From positions 864,001 to 928,000 of the forward strand of contig CAVPOC010000008.1 of the NCBI GenBank assembly GCA_963706955.1: DNA of 64,000 nucleotides, given 5' to 3'. The stretch comes from an uncultured Verrucomicrobiae bacterium. GTDB taxonomy: Bacteria; Verrucomicrobiota; Verrucomicrobiia; Chthoniobacterales; Terrimicrobiaceae. Below are positions 51,108 through 63,928 of this stretch, in pieces. A program made the translations under genes and the position numbers. Under the pieces are notes generated by a model, which saw only the letters and a program-made list of their open reading frames with translations, was not told where the DNA came from and did no database searches. Position 1 is the stretch's first letter; the number at the start of each line of letters is the position of its first letter.

Positions 51108-52637
51108 GTGAATGAAGAATTTCTCTGGGGTGTGGCCAGCTCTGGCTACCAATGCGAAGGCGGCTACAATGGATCCGACCAGCCCCAGAACAATTGGGCC
51201 GGGCTGGAAGCGCGCGGAATCGTCATGCGCACTGGACCGGCCGCAGACTTTTGGAACCGGTACGAAGAAGATCTTGCTCATAGCCAGGCGATGGGTCTCA
51301 ACGCCTTCCGACTGAGCATCGAGTGGGCCCGCGTTCAGCCCTCGACCTCGACCGCGGCCGCAATAACGCCTCCGCCCTTCGACTCGGCCGCTCTGGACGG
51401 CTATGCTGATCGCCTGGCTGCCTGTCGCCGGCATAACCTCGAACCCGTCGTCACCCTCCAGCACTTCACTCATCCTGCCTGGCTGGGAGTGGATGTGTGG
51501 CTGGATGACCGCACGCCGGCCCTCTTCGAGCAGTTCGTGTCCACCGCCGTTGCACACGTCAATCGCCGACTGGTCGAGATCCATGGAGAGCGTCCATTGC
51601 AGTGGTTCGTCACCATCAACGAGCCGAATATGCTCGTCATCAATACGTACTTGAACCGCCACTTTCCAGGCGGAGGCCAGCGCGGCATGAAGGTCGCCGT
51701 CACCGCCTACAACCGTCTCCTCGCCGCACATGTGCGCGCTTACAACGCCATCCATGATCTTTTCGAGTCAGAAGGATGGCCGGCACCACGAGTGACGATG
51801 AATACCTTTTGCAGTGACGTTTACTGGTCCGAGAAGATGCTGCTGGATCTGCTTTGTCTCCGCGAGCGCGGTGTGCGCTCTCCAGAGTTGAAAGCGTACC
51901 TTCAGGCAGGTTCGAGCGGCCTTCATCAAGCCCTGCTCAAGGCAGACCTCCCCTTCCATTCCGACCCGTTTGTCTGGCTCGGACGTCTTTTTCACATTCT
52001 GGTCAACACTCTCGCGCCCAAGCACGCTGTCTTGGACACATTTGAGTACTTCCTCGAGACTCTCGCGCACTCCAAGCGCGACCGCGTCTTGGATTACCTT
52101 GGCCTGGACTACTACGATCCATTCACTGGCCACCTCTTTCGGCCGCCCTCATTTGGGGACATTGAGTTTCGAAAGGAGAGCCTCCGCAGCCACTTGATGG
52201 ATAGCTTATCTCGCAAATGGTGGGATTGGCATGTCCTGCCGGGAGGGCTTCACTTCTTCTGCAAGTACTATTCCGCAGAATTCCAGCGCGGAATTCTCAT
52301 CGCCGAAAATGGCATGGCGTTGCGACGAAAGTTCGACAACAGCATTGCGCATCCGCGGCGCGATCGCCTGACGCGCAGTGAGTTTCTGAAGGCACACGTA
52401 GCCGAGATACGCCGGCTTCTGGCAGAGCAGGTGCCGATGCTCGGGTATCTGCACTGGTCGATCACTGACAACTACGAATGGGGATCTTACACACCGCGGT
52501 TTGGCCTTTTTAGTATCGACTTCGCAAATCATGCAGAACGGCTCGCGATGGATCACCTCGGCGACCGACCCTCAGAAACTTATGCGCGGCTGGTAGCGCA
52601 GTGCCGGAGCGAAACTGTTGCAGCTCAGTCTGCTTAG
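51108..52637 (+). CDS. Glycoside hydrolase family 1
   Basis: FLWGVASSGYQCEG, RLSIEWAR, TINEP, IAENG, WSITDNYEW...PRFGL. Confidence 0.9.
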   Translation: MNEEFLWGVASSGYQCEGGYNGSDQPQNNWAGLEARGIVMRTGPAADFWNRYEEDLAHSQAMGLNAFRLSIEWARVQPSTSTAAAITPPPFDSAALDGYADRLAACRRHNLEPVVTLQHFTHPAWLGVDVWLDDRTPALFEQFVSTAVAHVNRRLVEIHGERPLQWFVTINEPNMLVINTYLNRHFPGGGQRGMKVAVTAYNRLLAAHVRAYNAIHDLFESEGWPAPRVTMNTFCSDVYWSEKMLLDLLCLRERGVRSPELKAYLQAGSSGLHQALLKADLPFHSDPFVWLGRLFHILVNTLAPKHAVLDTFEYFLETLAHSKRDRVLDYLGLDYYDPFTGHLFRPPSFGDIEFRKESLRSHLMDSLSRKWWDWHVLPGGLHFFCKYYSAEFQRGILIAENGMALRRKFDNSIAHPRRDRLTRSEFLKAHVAEIRRLLAEQVPMLGYLHWSITDNYEWGSYTPRFGLFSIDFANHAERLAMDHLGDRPSETYARLVAQCRSETVAAQSA

Positions 52638-52737
52638 GCGCAATGCTGCGCGGGTGGAAGTCTAAGGCGTTCGCCTTGGCGCGCGTCTCACGTAAGACGA
52701 ACGGAACGCTGCAATCGCGGGCATGTTGCTCGTTCTA

Positions 52738-52834
52738 GGGAGCGCACGCGTCCCCGCGTGCAATTTTCCGACGTCTCGTCGGAAAACCCTGTTCGGCGGG
52801 ACGCCGAACACCATGCGGGACGCATATGCTTCCC
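52738..52834. repeat. REP-like element, GGGAGC family (inverted copy of 30359-30470)
   Basis: Reverse complement matches TGGTGTTCGGCGTCCCGCCGAACA...GGAAA(A)TTGCACGCGGGGACGC; between convergent genes. Confidence 0.8.
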
Positions 52835-52924
52835 AGAACCTGGCGGCGATTGCTAAGGACGGGAACTGAAAGGGCGCCCTTGACGCTTGCTTTGCGGAGG
52901 CAACTCGTCCGCCATTGCCGCCAT

Positions 52925-55090
52925 CTAGCTCTTTTGTTGCTCGAGGACGGCACTGAGGACGTTGGCTGGCACCTGCTCAAAATGGGAGGGCTCCATCGAG
53001 TAAGACGAGCGCCCCTTAGAGAGAGAGCGAATAGCCGTTGCATAGCCAAACAGTTCGGCCAGGGGGACCTCCGCGGTAATCGTGGAAAGTTTGCCCTTAG
53101 TTTCCACGCCGCTAATGCGCGCGCGTCGACGATTCAGGTCGCCCGTGATGTCGCCTTGGAATTCGTCCGGCGTGATGTTCTCGACCTTCATGATCGGCTC
53201 GAGGAGGATCGGCTTGGCCTTCTTCAACGCGTCCTTCAATGAAAAGATCGCCGCCATCTTGAAGGCAAGTTCATTTGAGTCAACGTCGTGGTAGCTGCCG
53301 TCAACGATGTCCACGTGAATATCGATCACCGGATAACCACCGATGACGCCATTATGAGTGGCTTCCTTCAGGCCTTTGATGCAAGCGGGGATGTACTCTT
53401 TAGGGATGTTGCCGCCGACAACCTTGTTCTCGATGGTGATTCCCTTGCCACGCGCATTCGGCGCAACCTTGATAATAACGTGCCCATATTGGCCACGACC
53501 ACCCGATTGCTTGATCAGCTTACCTTCGCCATCGGCCGAAACTAGGATCGTCTCCTTGTAGGCAATCTGCGGCTTACCCGCGTTCGCCTCGACCTTGAAC
53601 TCCCGAAACATGCGGTCGCGGATAATCTCGAGGTGTAGCTCGCCCATCCCGGCGATAATCGTCTGCCCGGTCTCTTCGTTGGTAAAGACGCGGAAGGTTG
53701 GATCTTCCTCTGCCAAGCGCTGCAGCGCGTTGGACATCTTCTCCTGGTCGAGCTTGGTCTTCGGTTCAACCGCCATCGAGATGACCGGGTCGGGGAACGA
53801 AGGCGGCTCCAAGGCGATCGGGTAATCCTCGTCACACAATGTATCGCCAGTCGTAATATTCTTGATGCCGACGATGGCAGCAATATCCCCGGAGTAGCAG
53901 GTGTCTATGTCTTCGCGTTTGTCAGCCTGAATCTGAATAAGGCGGCTGATTCGCTCGCGCTTGTTCGTGCGTGGGTTATAAACCGTGTCACCCTTGCTTA
54001 GCTTACCCGAATAGACGCGGAAGAAGACGAGCTTGCCGACGTATGGATCACTCCAAAGCTTGAAAGCAAGCGAGCAAAATTTCGCGTTGTCATCCGCCGG
54101 TGCTTCCATCGGCTCACCGGTGTCAGGATTTTGACCTTTCGCCGGAGGAATGTCGAGGGGGCTCGGCAAGTAGTCCACGACGGCGTCCACCAGGTATTGC
54201 ACGCCCTTATTCTTGAAGGCGGAGCCTCCGGCAACCGGAACAAATCTGTTGGTAATCGTCTGCCGTCGAATCGCCGCCTTGAGGTCTTGCTTGGTGATCG
54301 GCTTCTCTTCGAGAAAAAGCATGCCGACTTCCTCATCGAGATCGCACATCTGCTCGACCAGATCCTGGTACGCCTTTTCGGCAATAGCTTTGTACTCCGC
54401 CGGAATATCCACGATCTCGTAGGTCGACCCGACCTGATCGCTGTCGGAGTAAATGACCGCTTTTTGATTCAGGACGTCGATCTGGCCCTTGAGATAATCT
54501 TCTTTGCCCAGCGGAAGTAGGATGGGCCAGGCGTTGGCGCCCAATTTCTGGCGCATGCTATTGATCGCGCCGTCGAAGTCGGCGCCGACACGGTCCATCT
54601 TGTTTACGAAGGCGATGCGAGGCACCCCATATTTCGACGCCTGCCGCCAGACGGTTTCCGACTGCGGTTGGACGCCGGCAACACCACAAAAGACGGCAAT
54701 CGCGCCATCCAGGACGCGGAGCGAACGCTCGACCTCTGCGGTAAAATCCACATGGCCGGGAGTGTCGATGATGTTTACCCGTTGTTTGATGCCTTCGAAG
54801 ATCTTGTAAACCCCTTCTTCCTTCCGCTGCACCCACGAACAGGTCGTCGCCGCTGAAGTGATGGTGATTCCTCGCTCGCGCTCTTGTTCCATCCAGTCGG
54901 TCACGGTGGTCCCCTCATGGACCTCCCCGATCTTATGAATCATGCCCGTATAGAACAGAATCCGCTCGGTAAGGGTGGTCTTGCCGGCATCGATGTGTGC
55001 CGCAATTCCAATGTTGCGCGTCCGCTCGAGCGGGAAGGCTCGATCGGGAGAATTATTGGAGCGGGCTTTGGCCTCAAGCGTTGCAGACAT
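52925..55090 (-). CDS. fusA: Elongation factor G
   Basis: [52 protein letters not shown]. Confidence 0.97.
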   Translation of the reverse strand: MSATLEAKARSNNSPDRAFPLERTRNIGIAAHIDAGKTTLTERILFYTGMIHKIGEVHEGTTVTDWMEQERERGITITSAATTCSWVQRKEEGVYKIFEGIKQRVNIIDTPGHVDFTAEVERSLRVLDGAIAVFCGVAGVQPQSETVWRQASKYGVPRIAFVNKMDRVGADFDGAINSMRQKLGANAWPILLPLGKEDYLKGQIDVLNQKAVIYSDSDQVGSTYEIVDIPAEYKAIAEKAYQDLVEQMCDLDEEVGMLFLEEKPITKQDLKAAIRRQTITNRFVPVAGGSAFKNKGVQYLVDAVVDYLPSPLDIPPAKGQNPDTGEPMEAPADDNAKFCSLAFKLWSDPYVGKLVFFRVYSGKLSKGDTVYNPRTNKRERISRLIQIQADKREDIDTCYSGDIAAIVGIKNITTGDTLCDEDYPIALEPPSFPDPVISMAVEPKTKLDQEKMSNALQRLAEEDPTFRVFTNEETGQTIIAGMGELHLEIIRDRMFREFKVEANAGKPQIAYKETILVSADGEGKLIKQSGGRGQYGHVIIKVAPNARGKGITIENKVVGGNIPKEYIPACIKGLKEATHNGVIGGYPVIDIHVDIVDGSYHDVDSNELAFKMAAIFSLKDALKKAKPILLEPIMKVENITPDEFQGDITGDLNRRRARISGVETKGKLSTITAEVPLAELFGYATAIRSLSKGRSSYSMEPSHFEQVPANVLSAVLEQQKS

Positions 55091-55370
55091 GGCGAAGACA
55101 GGTTGCGTTCACGACAAGCCGAAGCACGACAGACTCTTACGGAGCTCTGTCGTCAAAAATGCCTCTGGATGCCATGGAAACATGATTGAAATCCCCGCAA
55201 TTGAGACGGGGAAAGGATAACTCTTTCGCCATCGTGCGGGGGTCAGGGAAGGTAAAGAACCCGAACCGCCAAGCAAGAGAAAAGTTTCTCGAGTGCGCTG
55301 GGGCTGAACGCCCAGAGAGCAGATGTTGGTGGAGCCTCCCGCCGGCGAATGTCGAGCGGTCTGCTGCCCG

Positions 55371-55695
55371 CTAGGAAGATTTTCTGCCGGCTTCTTTGCG
55401 CAGTTGGCGCTCTGCTTCGACCCAATCCTCCACCTCGTCTCCCGGCAGACTGAGACTCCGTCGATGTTCGGCGATGTAGTAAGCTCGCAATGCGATCTCA
55501 TCCGCGGAAATCTCCGGGCCAGCCTTTTTTCGAACACCGGCAGCGCGGCGAGGCTTGGGTCGTCACTGGAAGTTCCGATGCTCGAAGCGAGGCATTCCTG
55601 TCGGTGGGAGCACCTAGTTCCTGCAACGGCTTCTTGGATGAGCTTGCTTTTGACCTCTTCGTATCGTCGGATTTATCTTTCTTCTTTTTCGACAT
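55371..55695 (-). CDS. DUF2934-domain protein with Lys-rich N-terminus; frameshift near 55560 (not in ORF track as one gene)
   Basis: MSKKKKDKSDD... joins a frame reading EISADEIALRAYYIAEHRRSLSLPGDEVEDWVEAERQLRKEAGRKSS*, matching the DUF2934 pattern (IxxRAYxxxE...DWxxAE). Confidence 0.7.
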
Positions 55696-55790
55696 CATTT
55701 CGATTCTTTGGGGCACTAGACTACCCTCGCGATTGGCAGGGTTTGCAAAATAAATCTTCAAAATTTTTCCGACCAAAATAGGTTTGGCGT

Positions 55791-56201
55791 ATGACTGCGT
55801 TCGTCATTCGATGGCTGGTCACAACCGTTGCAGTTCTGGTTGCTGCGCACGTGATTCCCGGAGTGACCTACGAGGGGTGGGGCACTTTGCTGGGGGCGTC
55901 GCTCTTGCTTGGAATCATCAACGCATTTATTCGGCCGATCCTGCTGCTCCTGAGTTTGCCCTTTATCATTATCACCATGGGATTGTTCATCTTTGTCATC
56001 AACGCACTGCTGCTGATGCTGGTCTCGAAGATTGTCCCGGCTTTCCAGGTCTCCGGATTTTGGAGCGCGTTCTTTGGCGCGATTGTCATCAGTCTGGTCA
56101 GCTGGCTGCTGAGCTCGTTCTTCCGCGGAAGCGACGGAAAAATCCATGCGATCACGCATCATGCCACGATCAAACGGGCGAATGCACGCGTCGTTGAATG
56201 A
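55791..56201 (+). CDS. 4-TM membrane protein, phage-holin-family/YvlD-like
   Basis: LGIINAFIRPILLLLSLPF..TMGLF..VINA...GFWSAFFGA. Confidence 0.85.
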   Translation: MTAFVIRWLVTTVAVLVAAHVIPGVTYEGWGTLLGASLLLGIINAFIRPILLLLSLPFIIITMGLFIFVINALLLMLVSKIVPAFQVSGFWSAFFGAIVISLVSWLLSSFFRGSDGKIHAITHHATIKRANARVVE

Positions 56202-56940
56202 CTTACTGCCTGAGCCTGAAATGCCACGAGGGCTTGGTCTTCCTCTCCGACTCGCGAACCAGCGCCGGAGTGGACAACGTCACCATTCACTCCAAGATGC
56301 GAGTTTTCGAACTGCGCGGGCAACGCGTGTTCTGTCTGATGAGCTCAGGCAATCTTTCCATCACCCAGTCGGTGATCTCCCTCATTGAACGCGACATTGA
56401 AATGGGAAGAGAGGATCCCCATCTGGATACCCTGCTCAATCGGACGAACTTCCTCGAGACGGTTCATTATGTAGGTCAGCGGCTTCGCGAAGTGCGCCGG
56501 ATGCACGCCGAGGCGTTAGATCGAGCTGGCATCAGCTTCAACAGCAATTTCATCCTTGGGGGCCAGATCGAGAAGCACCCGCCGGAGATCTACCAGATTT
56601 ATCCGGAAGGGAATGCCATCCACGCGAGCAGCGAGTCGCCTTTTCTGCAGATCGGGGAGTTGAAGTACGGCAAGCCGATCCTCGATCGTGTCTTCACCTC
56701 CAGAACCACGCTGGCCGAGGCGGCCAAGCTGGGATTGCTCTCGCTCGACGCCACCGCCAAGAGCAACCTCTCCGTGGGCACCCCGTTCGAGATGCTCGCC
56801 TATCGAGTTGATAGTCTAGAGGTGCGCCATCGCATCAAGTTCGAAGAAAACGATCCCTACCTTCGCATGGTCTGCGATCGCTGGCAGGAGGGCCTGATTC
56901 AACTTGTGCACAACATCCCGGAACTCGATGTTCTCAAACA

Positions 56941-56944
<4 letters not shown>
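56198..56944 (+). CDS. Proteasome-type protease (Anbu)
   Basis: MTYC (N-terminal Thr nucleophile), SDSRTSAGVD, SGNLSITQ, IYPEGN, QIGELKYGKPILDR, SNLSVG. Confidence 0.88.
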
Positions 56945-58842
<1,898 letters not shown>

Positions 58843-58843
58843 C

Positions 58844-59008
58844 CGTGATCACCGCGGCGGGGTGTCCCCACCGCCGGGGACCCCCTCGGGCGTGAGGACA
58901 CGGCCATCACAAAGTAGACCGGTTCGATTCTGAGGCTGGCCGCTTCAGAGGGTGCCCGTTCGACGGTGGGCCCACCTAGGGAGGCCCTTTGGGGACATCA
59001 CAGCTACA
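58844..59008. repeat. Degenerate REP-like elements after leuB
   Basis: GCGGCGGGGTGTCCCCACCGCCG...GTGAGGACACGGCC, and GGGGACATCACAGCTACA at 58991-59008. Confidence 0.6.
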
Positions 59009-59179
59009 AACTTCGTGCCTTTTCGGAACGGTAGGCCAGAATTTATCGATTTGGGCTGTCAAAGTTTCGGCGCTTGACGCGGCCGCGCGCGGGCAGCAAC
59101 TTTCCGGCTCTGGCCAAAGGGCTGGGATCGGGCGACGAAAAAGATCCCCCAAAGGGCCAGTTCACCATGCAAAATTTCC

Positions 59180-60223
59180 ATGTTTGACAATGTCCTAGGC
59201 TTTTTCTCAAACGACATCGGTATCGATTTAGGCACAGCGAACACCCTGGTTTATGTCAAAGACCACGGCATCGTCCTGCGTGAGCCCTCCGTCGTAGCGG
59301 TTCAACAGGGCACCAACAAGGTTCTGGCTGTCGGCGATGAAGCGAAACGTATGCTCGGCCGAACTCCGGGCAACATCGTCGCCATCCGACCACTGAAGGA
59401 TGGCGTCATTGCCGATTTCGAGGTTACCGAAGCGATGCTCCGGCACTTTATCAGCAAGGTCCATAACCGCCGCCGCATGGTCCGACCCCGCGTAGTTATC
59501 GCTGTGCCAAGCGGAATCACCGAAGTTGAGAAGCGCGCGGTCAAGGACTCGGCAACGCACGCGGGCGCCCGCGAGGTTTACTTGATCGAGGAACCGATGG
59601 CCGCTGCCATTGGCGTCGGGCTGCCCGTGCAAGACGCCGCCGGAAACATGATCATCGATATCGGCGGTGGCACCACCGAGGTCGCGTTGATTTCTCTCTC
59701 CGGCATTGTCTTCAGCCGCAGCGTACGTGTCGCTGGGGACGAGCTCGATGAGTCGATCATGAACTATATGAAGCGGGCCTATAACCTGATGATCGGCGAA
59801 CGGACTGCGGAGGATATCAAGATCAAGATCGGCTCTGCCTATAAGCTGGAGAAGGAGATGAGTATGGAAGTCAAAGGGCGCGACCTTGTCGCAGGCCTTC
59901 CGAAAACGATCACCATCTCGTCCCAGGAAGTTCGTGAAGCACTGCTGGAGCCGGTCTCAACCATTGTCGATTCCGTCCGGATCACTCTCGAACGCTGCCC
60001 GCCGGAACTCTCGGCAGATCTCGTGGATAGAGGGCTCGTCCTGGCAGGAGGCGGCGCCCTCCTGCGCGGTCTCGACAAACTCTTGCAGGAAGAAACCGGC
60101 TTGTCCGTCCACGTGGCGGAGGACCCGCTCAGCGCGGTCGCAGAAGGCACGGGCCGCGCACTTCAGGAGCTTCGGTTTCTTAAGGCGGTGGCTTCCCGCG
60201 ATCGCAGCTCGAATAGCAATTGA
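59180..60223 (+). CDS. mreB: Rod shape-determining protein MreB
   Basis: [30 protein letters not shown]. Confidence 0.97.
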   Translation: MFDNVLGFFSNDIGIDLGTANTLVYVKDHGIVLREPSVVAVQQGTNKVLAVGDEAKRMLGRTPGNIVAIRPLKDGVIADFEVTEAMLRHFISKVHNRRRMVRPRVVIAVPSGITEVEKRAVKDSATHAGAREVYLIEEPMAAAIGVGLPVQDAAGNMIIDIGGGTTEVALISLSGIVFSRSVRVAGDELDESIMNYMKRAYNLMIGERTAEDIKIKIGSAYKLEKEMSMEVKGRDLVAGLPKTITISSQEVREALLEPVSTIVDSVRITLERCPPELSADLVDRGLVLAGGGALLRGLDKLLQEETGLSVHVAEDPLSAVAEGTGRALQELRFLKAVASRDRSSNSN

Positions 60224-60273
60224 GCCCAAGTCCGTGCCAAGCCTGGCATTCTGAGATGTAGCCAAAGGTTTTC

Positions 60274-61095
60274 ATGAGCCGGCTCAACGTCATTTTGGTC
60301 ATCGTCGTGATTATCGGCGCGGTGATCATCTCGTCGTTTGGCGCCACGGCGATGCAGAGACTTCAGGCCGGTTTTTTGAGCGTGATTTCGCCGTTCCTCA
60401 AGACCGGGTCTGCCGTCCAAAGACAGATCGGAGCGATGGGAGAAGGATTGAAAACGCTTGATCAGTTGGAACGTGAGAACGAAGAGCTCAAGTCGGAGAA
60501 CAAAGAGCTTCGCGCGTCCAACCAGATTTTTCGGGACTTGGAAGCCGAAAACAGCAAGCTTCGCTCAGCCCTGGAATACAGGAAGCGATCAATTTTCAAG
60601 CTCTTGCCGGCCCGGATCATCTCGCGCGACGCTTCCGCCTGGTGGAGCACGGTGCGCATCAATCGGGGCTTTGAGGATGGTCTCGAGCCGGATCAGCCAG
60701 TGCTTACCGATGTTGGATTGGTCGGCAAAACCACCACCGTGGCCAAGAATGAGGCGATTGTCCTCCTGATCAGCGACGAAAGCTGCAAGGTGGCTTCCAA
60801 GGTGGAAGGCTCCAATGAAAGGGGCATCCTTTCCGGACGGCGCATCGGCGAGGGCGAAGCGCCCACCGAGATGCAGCTCAATTTCTTGAGCAAGAAGGCG
60901 AATCTTCAGCCAGGACAAAAGGTCTATACCGAAGGGGTCACCAAAGGGAGTTCTACCGGAGTCTTTCCCTCCGGGATTTTCCTCGGGACTGTCAAAAGCT
61001 TTCAAGCGCGCCCGCTGGACGGGCAGGCAATCGTCGAGCCGGCGGTTGACCTCTCTACTGTCGAGGACGTCTTTGTGGTCGTCGGTGCCAAATGA
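60274..61095 (+). CDS. mreC: Rod shape-determining protein MreC
   Basis: TM + coiled coil (ENSKLRSAL), GLVGK, FPSGI. Confidence 0.92.
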   Translation: MSRLNVILVIVVIIGAVIISSFGATAMQRLQAGFLSVISPFLKTGSAVQRQIGAMGEGLKTLDQLERENEELKSENKELRASNQIFRDLEAENSKLRSALEYRKRSIFKLLPARIISRDASAWWSTVRINRGFEDGLEPDQPVLTDVGLVGKTTTVAKNEAIVLLISDESCKVASKVEGSNERGILSGRRIGEGEAPTEMQLNFLSKKANLQPGQKVYTEGVTKGSSTGVFPSGIFLGTVKSFQARPLDGQAIVEPAVDLSTVEDVFVVVGAK

Positions 61096-61649
61096 GACTG
61101 GCGATTGGCTGGTTTACATTGGCCGTGGCGATTTTAATCACAATTGTCATCCAAGAATTCATTCCTCCGCTGCGCTTTCTTCACGGGGCGCGCGTCTTTC
61201 TTGTCCCGATGCTCTTCTGCTATGGGGCGCTGTCGATGCCGTTTTGGGCGATGCTGTTGATGGCGATTTACACCGGCCTTTTAACAGACCTCGCGCACCT
61301 GAACGTCGTCAACGGTCATGTTGAAATCGCCCTGGGATGGTCTATTGTTGTCTTCGTGTTTTTCGGGCTCTTCGCTCACGGCCTTCAGCCCGCTTTCGTT
61401 CGCGGGCGCTGGTGGGTGCATGTTCTGCTCAGCTTAGTGTGCACGTGCGTTTTCCTTGCCCTGCAGTTCGTGATGATCTCGTTTAGAAGGCAGGGAATTT
61501 TCTTCAATGAGACTGTCGCCTGGCGAATCCTTGCGCCAGGCTTCATCGCCGCTGCCTTTGCCCCGCTGGTGCATTTGGCCGCGCTCAAGATCGCGCCCTA
61601 CGTGCATGGGTCGACCCGCCTGCGGCCCTTTCGGAGGATTCGGCAATGA
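61092..61649 (+). CDS. mreD: MreD-like membrane protein
   Basis: Hydrophobic 185-aa ORF between mreC and mrdA with ATGA overlaps; GLLTD. Confidence 0.7.
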   Translation: MRLAIGWFTLAVAILITIVIQEFIPPLRFLHGARVFLVPMLFCYGALSMPFWAMLLMAIYTGLLTDLAHLNVVNGHVEIALGWSIVVFVFFGLFAHGLQPAFVRGRWWVHVLLSLVCTCVFLALQFVMISFRRQGIFFNETVAWRILAPGFIAAAFAPLVHLAALKIAPYVHGSTRLRPFRRIRQ

Positions 61650-63868
61650 AACGCGGGCAGATTCCCTACAGAATCTACTTCCTTGGCAGCCTGATCTTTC
61701 TGGCGGTCTCGACGCTCGCCTTTCGACTTTGGTATGTCCAGATCGCACGCGGCGCCGAATATACCGCCAAAGTTGCCTCGGGTTCGCGTATCACCGTGCG
61801 AATTCCCGCCGTTCGAGGGGACATCCTCGATCGCAACGGAATTCCTCTCGTGCAAAACCGCGCCAGCTTCGACGTCGACTTCTTCCTGCCCGACATGGTG
61901 CGGGCCTATCGCGAGTCACACGGCAACGTTCCGATGCACACCTTCCGCGGAACTGTCCGCAATATGCAAAAGGACATGTCGGAGGCCGATGTTCGCCGGA
62001 TCGTTGCCGAAGAGATCATCCCTCGACTGGAGGAACTCGGCGTCGCGCAAGACTACAATGCGGACCGCTTGCAAATCCATTACCGGCTCCGCAGCGAAGT
62101 GCCTTACAATTACATGCAGGACATGGATTTCGAAACCATGGCCCTGCTCTCGGAGCGCAATCTAGGAGTTCCCGGCGTAACCGTCACCAAGAAGCCAGTG
62201 CGCCAATACCTCTTTGGGGCGCTCGGCGCACACTTCCTCGGTTACGTCGGAATGCCCAACGATCTCACCAAGCTTCCCGATATCAATAAATTCAATTTTT
62301 ACGACCCGGACATGGAGGGCAAAGCCCAGATCGAGTTGGCGATGAACGACTATCTCAAGGGCGAGGCCGGTATGAAGATCCTCCAGCGCGACGCCAAAGG
62401 CACGATCATCCGCAGCGAGACCGAGATCATCGAGCCGAAGCAGGGCGCCAATGTCTATCTCACCATCGACGCGCGCATCCAATATATCGTTGAGCAGGCT
62501 TTGCGTGTCGTCGGTCGCGCTGCCGCCGTCGTCGTCAATCCGAACAACGGCGACATCCTGGCAATGGCTTCCGTTCCTTCCTACGATCCAAACAAATTCA
62601 TCCCGGCCATCGCAGCGAAGGACTGGCTGGCTCTAAACAAGGACGAAACCGATCCCCTGCTCAATCGCGCCATCAGCGCTTACGCGCCGGGATCAACCTA
62701 CAAAATTCCTGTCGGTCTCGCGGGCCTGCACGCCGGCGTGGGCGACCGCTCCTTCAGCTGCTACGGCGGCGTCCAATATGGCAACAAATACATGCGTTGC
62801 TGGATTGCCGACAAGGGAGGCACCCACGGCAGGCTTGGCTTGCAAAATGCAATCAAAGTTTCCTGCAATGCATTCTTCTACCAGTATGGAAACGCCGCTG
62901 GCATTGATGAGATCGTGGCAATGGGGAATATGCTTGGGCTCGGCCAGAAATCCGGAATTCCTCTCTCCGGGGAGGCTCCGGGTGTGCTGCCGGGACCAGA
63001 ATGGTTGGCGGCAGTCAATCCCCAGGCGCGCTGGAGTGGTGGCCTGACGGCCAATACGGCGATCGGACAAGGCGACGTCCTGGCGACGCCCCTGCAGATG
63101 GCCATGGTGACAGCGGCGGTTGCCAGCGGAGGAACCAGTTACTATCCTAGAATGGTCGACAAAGTCGTTGCGCAGGATGGAAGTGTGGTTCTCCAGGAGT
63201 CGGCCAAGGTTCGCTCAAATCTGCTGACCGACGGGGGGATGACTGCAGCGATGATCGAGAAGGTGCGGCAGGGAATGAACAAAGTGGTCAACGAGAGCGG
63301 TGGCACCGCCGGCAAGGCGCGTATCAAGGATGTCACCGTGGCCGGAAAAACGGGGACGGCGCAATTCTGGCGCAGCGGAGTAAAGGATAATCATACCTGG
63401 TTCCTCGCCTTCGCGCCCTACGACGCGCCGAAGTACGCCATGTGCATTCTCGTCCAGGGCGCGAAATCGGGCGGCGGCGTCGCAGCTCCGATCGCGGCGA
63501 AAATCCTCGAAGACATCTTCGCCCTCGATCAAGGAAAAGACTATGAACTGGCCTGGCTGGAACCGGCAAAAGGAAATTTCAAGTTTACAGAGAGCATTGA
63601 CTTCAATCGCGAGATCCCCACTTCGACAGCAATCGCCGCGGATGAAGAGACGGGTCGAGACGATGATAACGATCGTCGACGTTCGCGGCGCTCGCAGGAG
63701 AGCAAGCCGGCGGCGCCCAACGTCCGTGCCGAAGCCGACGAGGGCGGGAGAGTTCAAAACAGGGTGCGCAAGCCTTCCGGAATTGAGAAGTTTTTCAATT
63801 TCCTCAGGGGCGGCGGCAGGGAAAAACGGGAGAGGCAAAGGGCTCCGGCGGCCCAGCCTGCACGCTGA
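61646..63868 (+). CDS. mrdA: Penicillin-binding protein 2
   Basis: RGDILDRNG, STYK (SxxK), SCN (SxN), KTG. Confidence 0.93.
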   Translation: MKRGQIPYRIYFLGSLIFLAVSTLAFRLWYVQIARGAEYTAKVASGSRITVRIPAVRGDILDRNGIPLVQNRASFDVDFFLPDMVRAYRESHGNVPMHTFRGTVRNMQKDMSEADVRRIVAEEIIPRLEELGVAQDYNADRLQIHYRLRSEVPYNYMQDMDFETMALLSERNLGVPGVTVTKKPVRQYLFGALGAHFLGYVGMPNDLTKLPDINKFNFYDPDMEGKAQIELAMNDYLKGEAGMKILQRDAKGTIIRSETEIIEPKQGANVYLTIDARIQYIVEQALRVVGRAAAVVVNPNNGDILAMASVPSYDPNKFIPAIAAKDWLALNKDETDPLLNRAISAYAPGSTYKIPVGLAGLHAGVGDRSFSCYGGVQYGNKYMRCWIADKGGTHGRLGLQNAIKVSCNAFFYQYGNAAGIDEIVAMGNMLGLGQKSGIPLSGEAPGVLPGPEWLAAVNPQARWSGGLTANTAIGQGDVLATPLQMAMVTAAVASGGTSYYPRMVDKVVAQDGSVVLQESAKVRSNLLTDGGMTAAMIEKVRQGMNKVVNESGGTAGKARIKDVTVAGKTGTAQFWRSGVKDNHTWFLAFAPYDAPKYAMCILVQGAKSGGGVAAPIAAKILEDIFALDQGKDYELAWLEPAKGNFKFTESIDFNREIPTSTAIAADEETGRDDDNDRRRSRRSQESKPAAPNVRAEADEGGRVQNRVRKPSGIEKFFNFLRGGGREKRERQRAPAAQPAR

Positions 63869-63928
63869 TGAACAGCCTCTTCCCACAGCAATTTTTCCCA
63901 CCCTCCGGTGGGCAACTAGCAATTTTTA

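Noticed and set aside
55791..56201. 'Phage holin' as evidence of a prophage
   Set aside because: This family is a common chromosomal membrane protein; no endolysin, integrase or structural genes are nearby.
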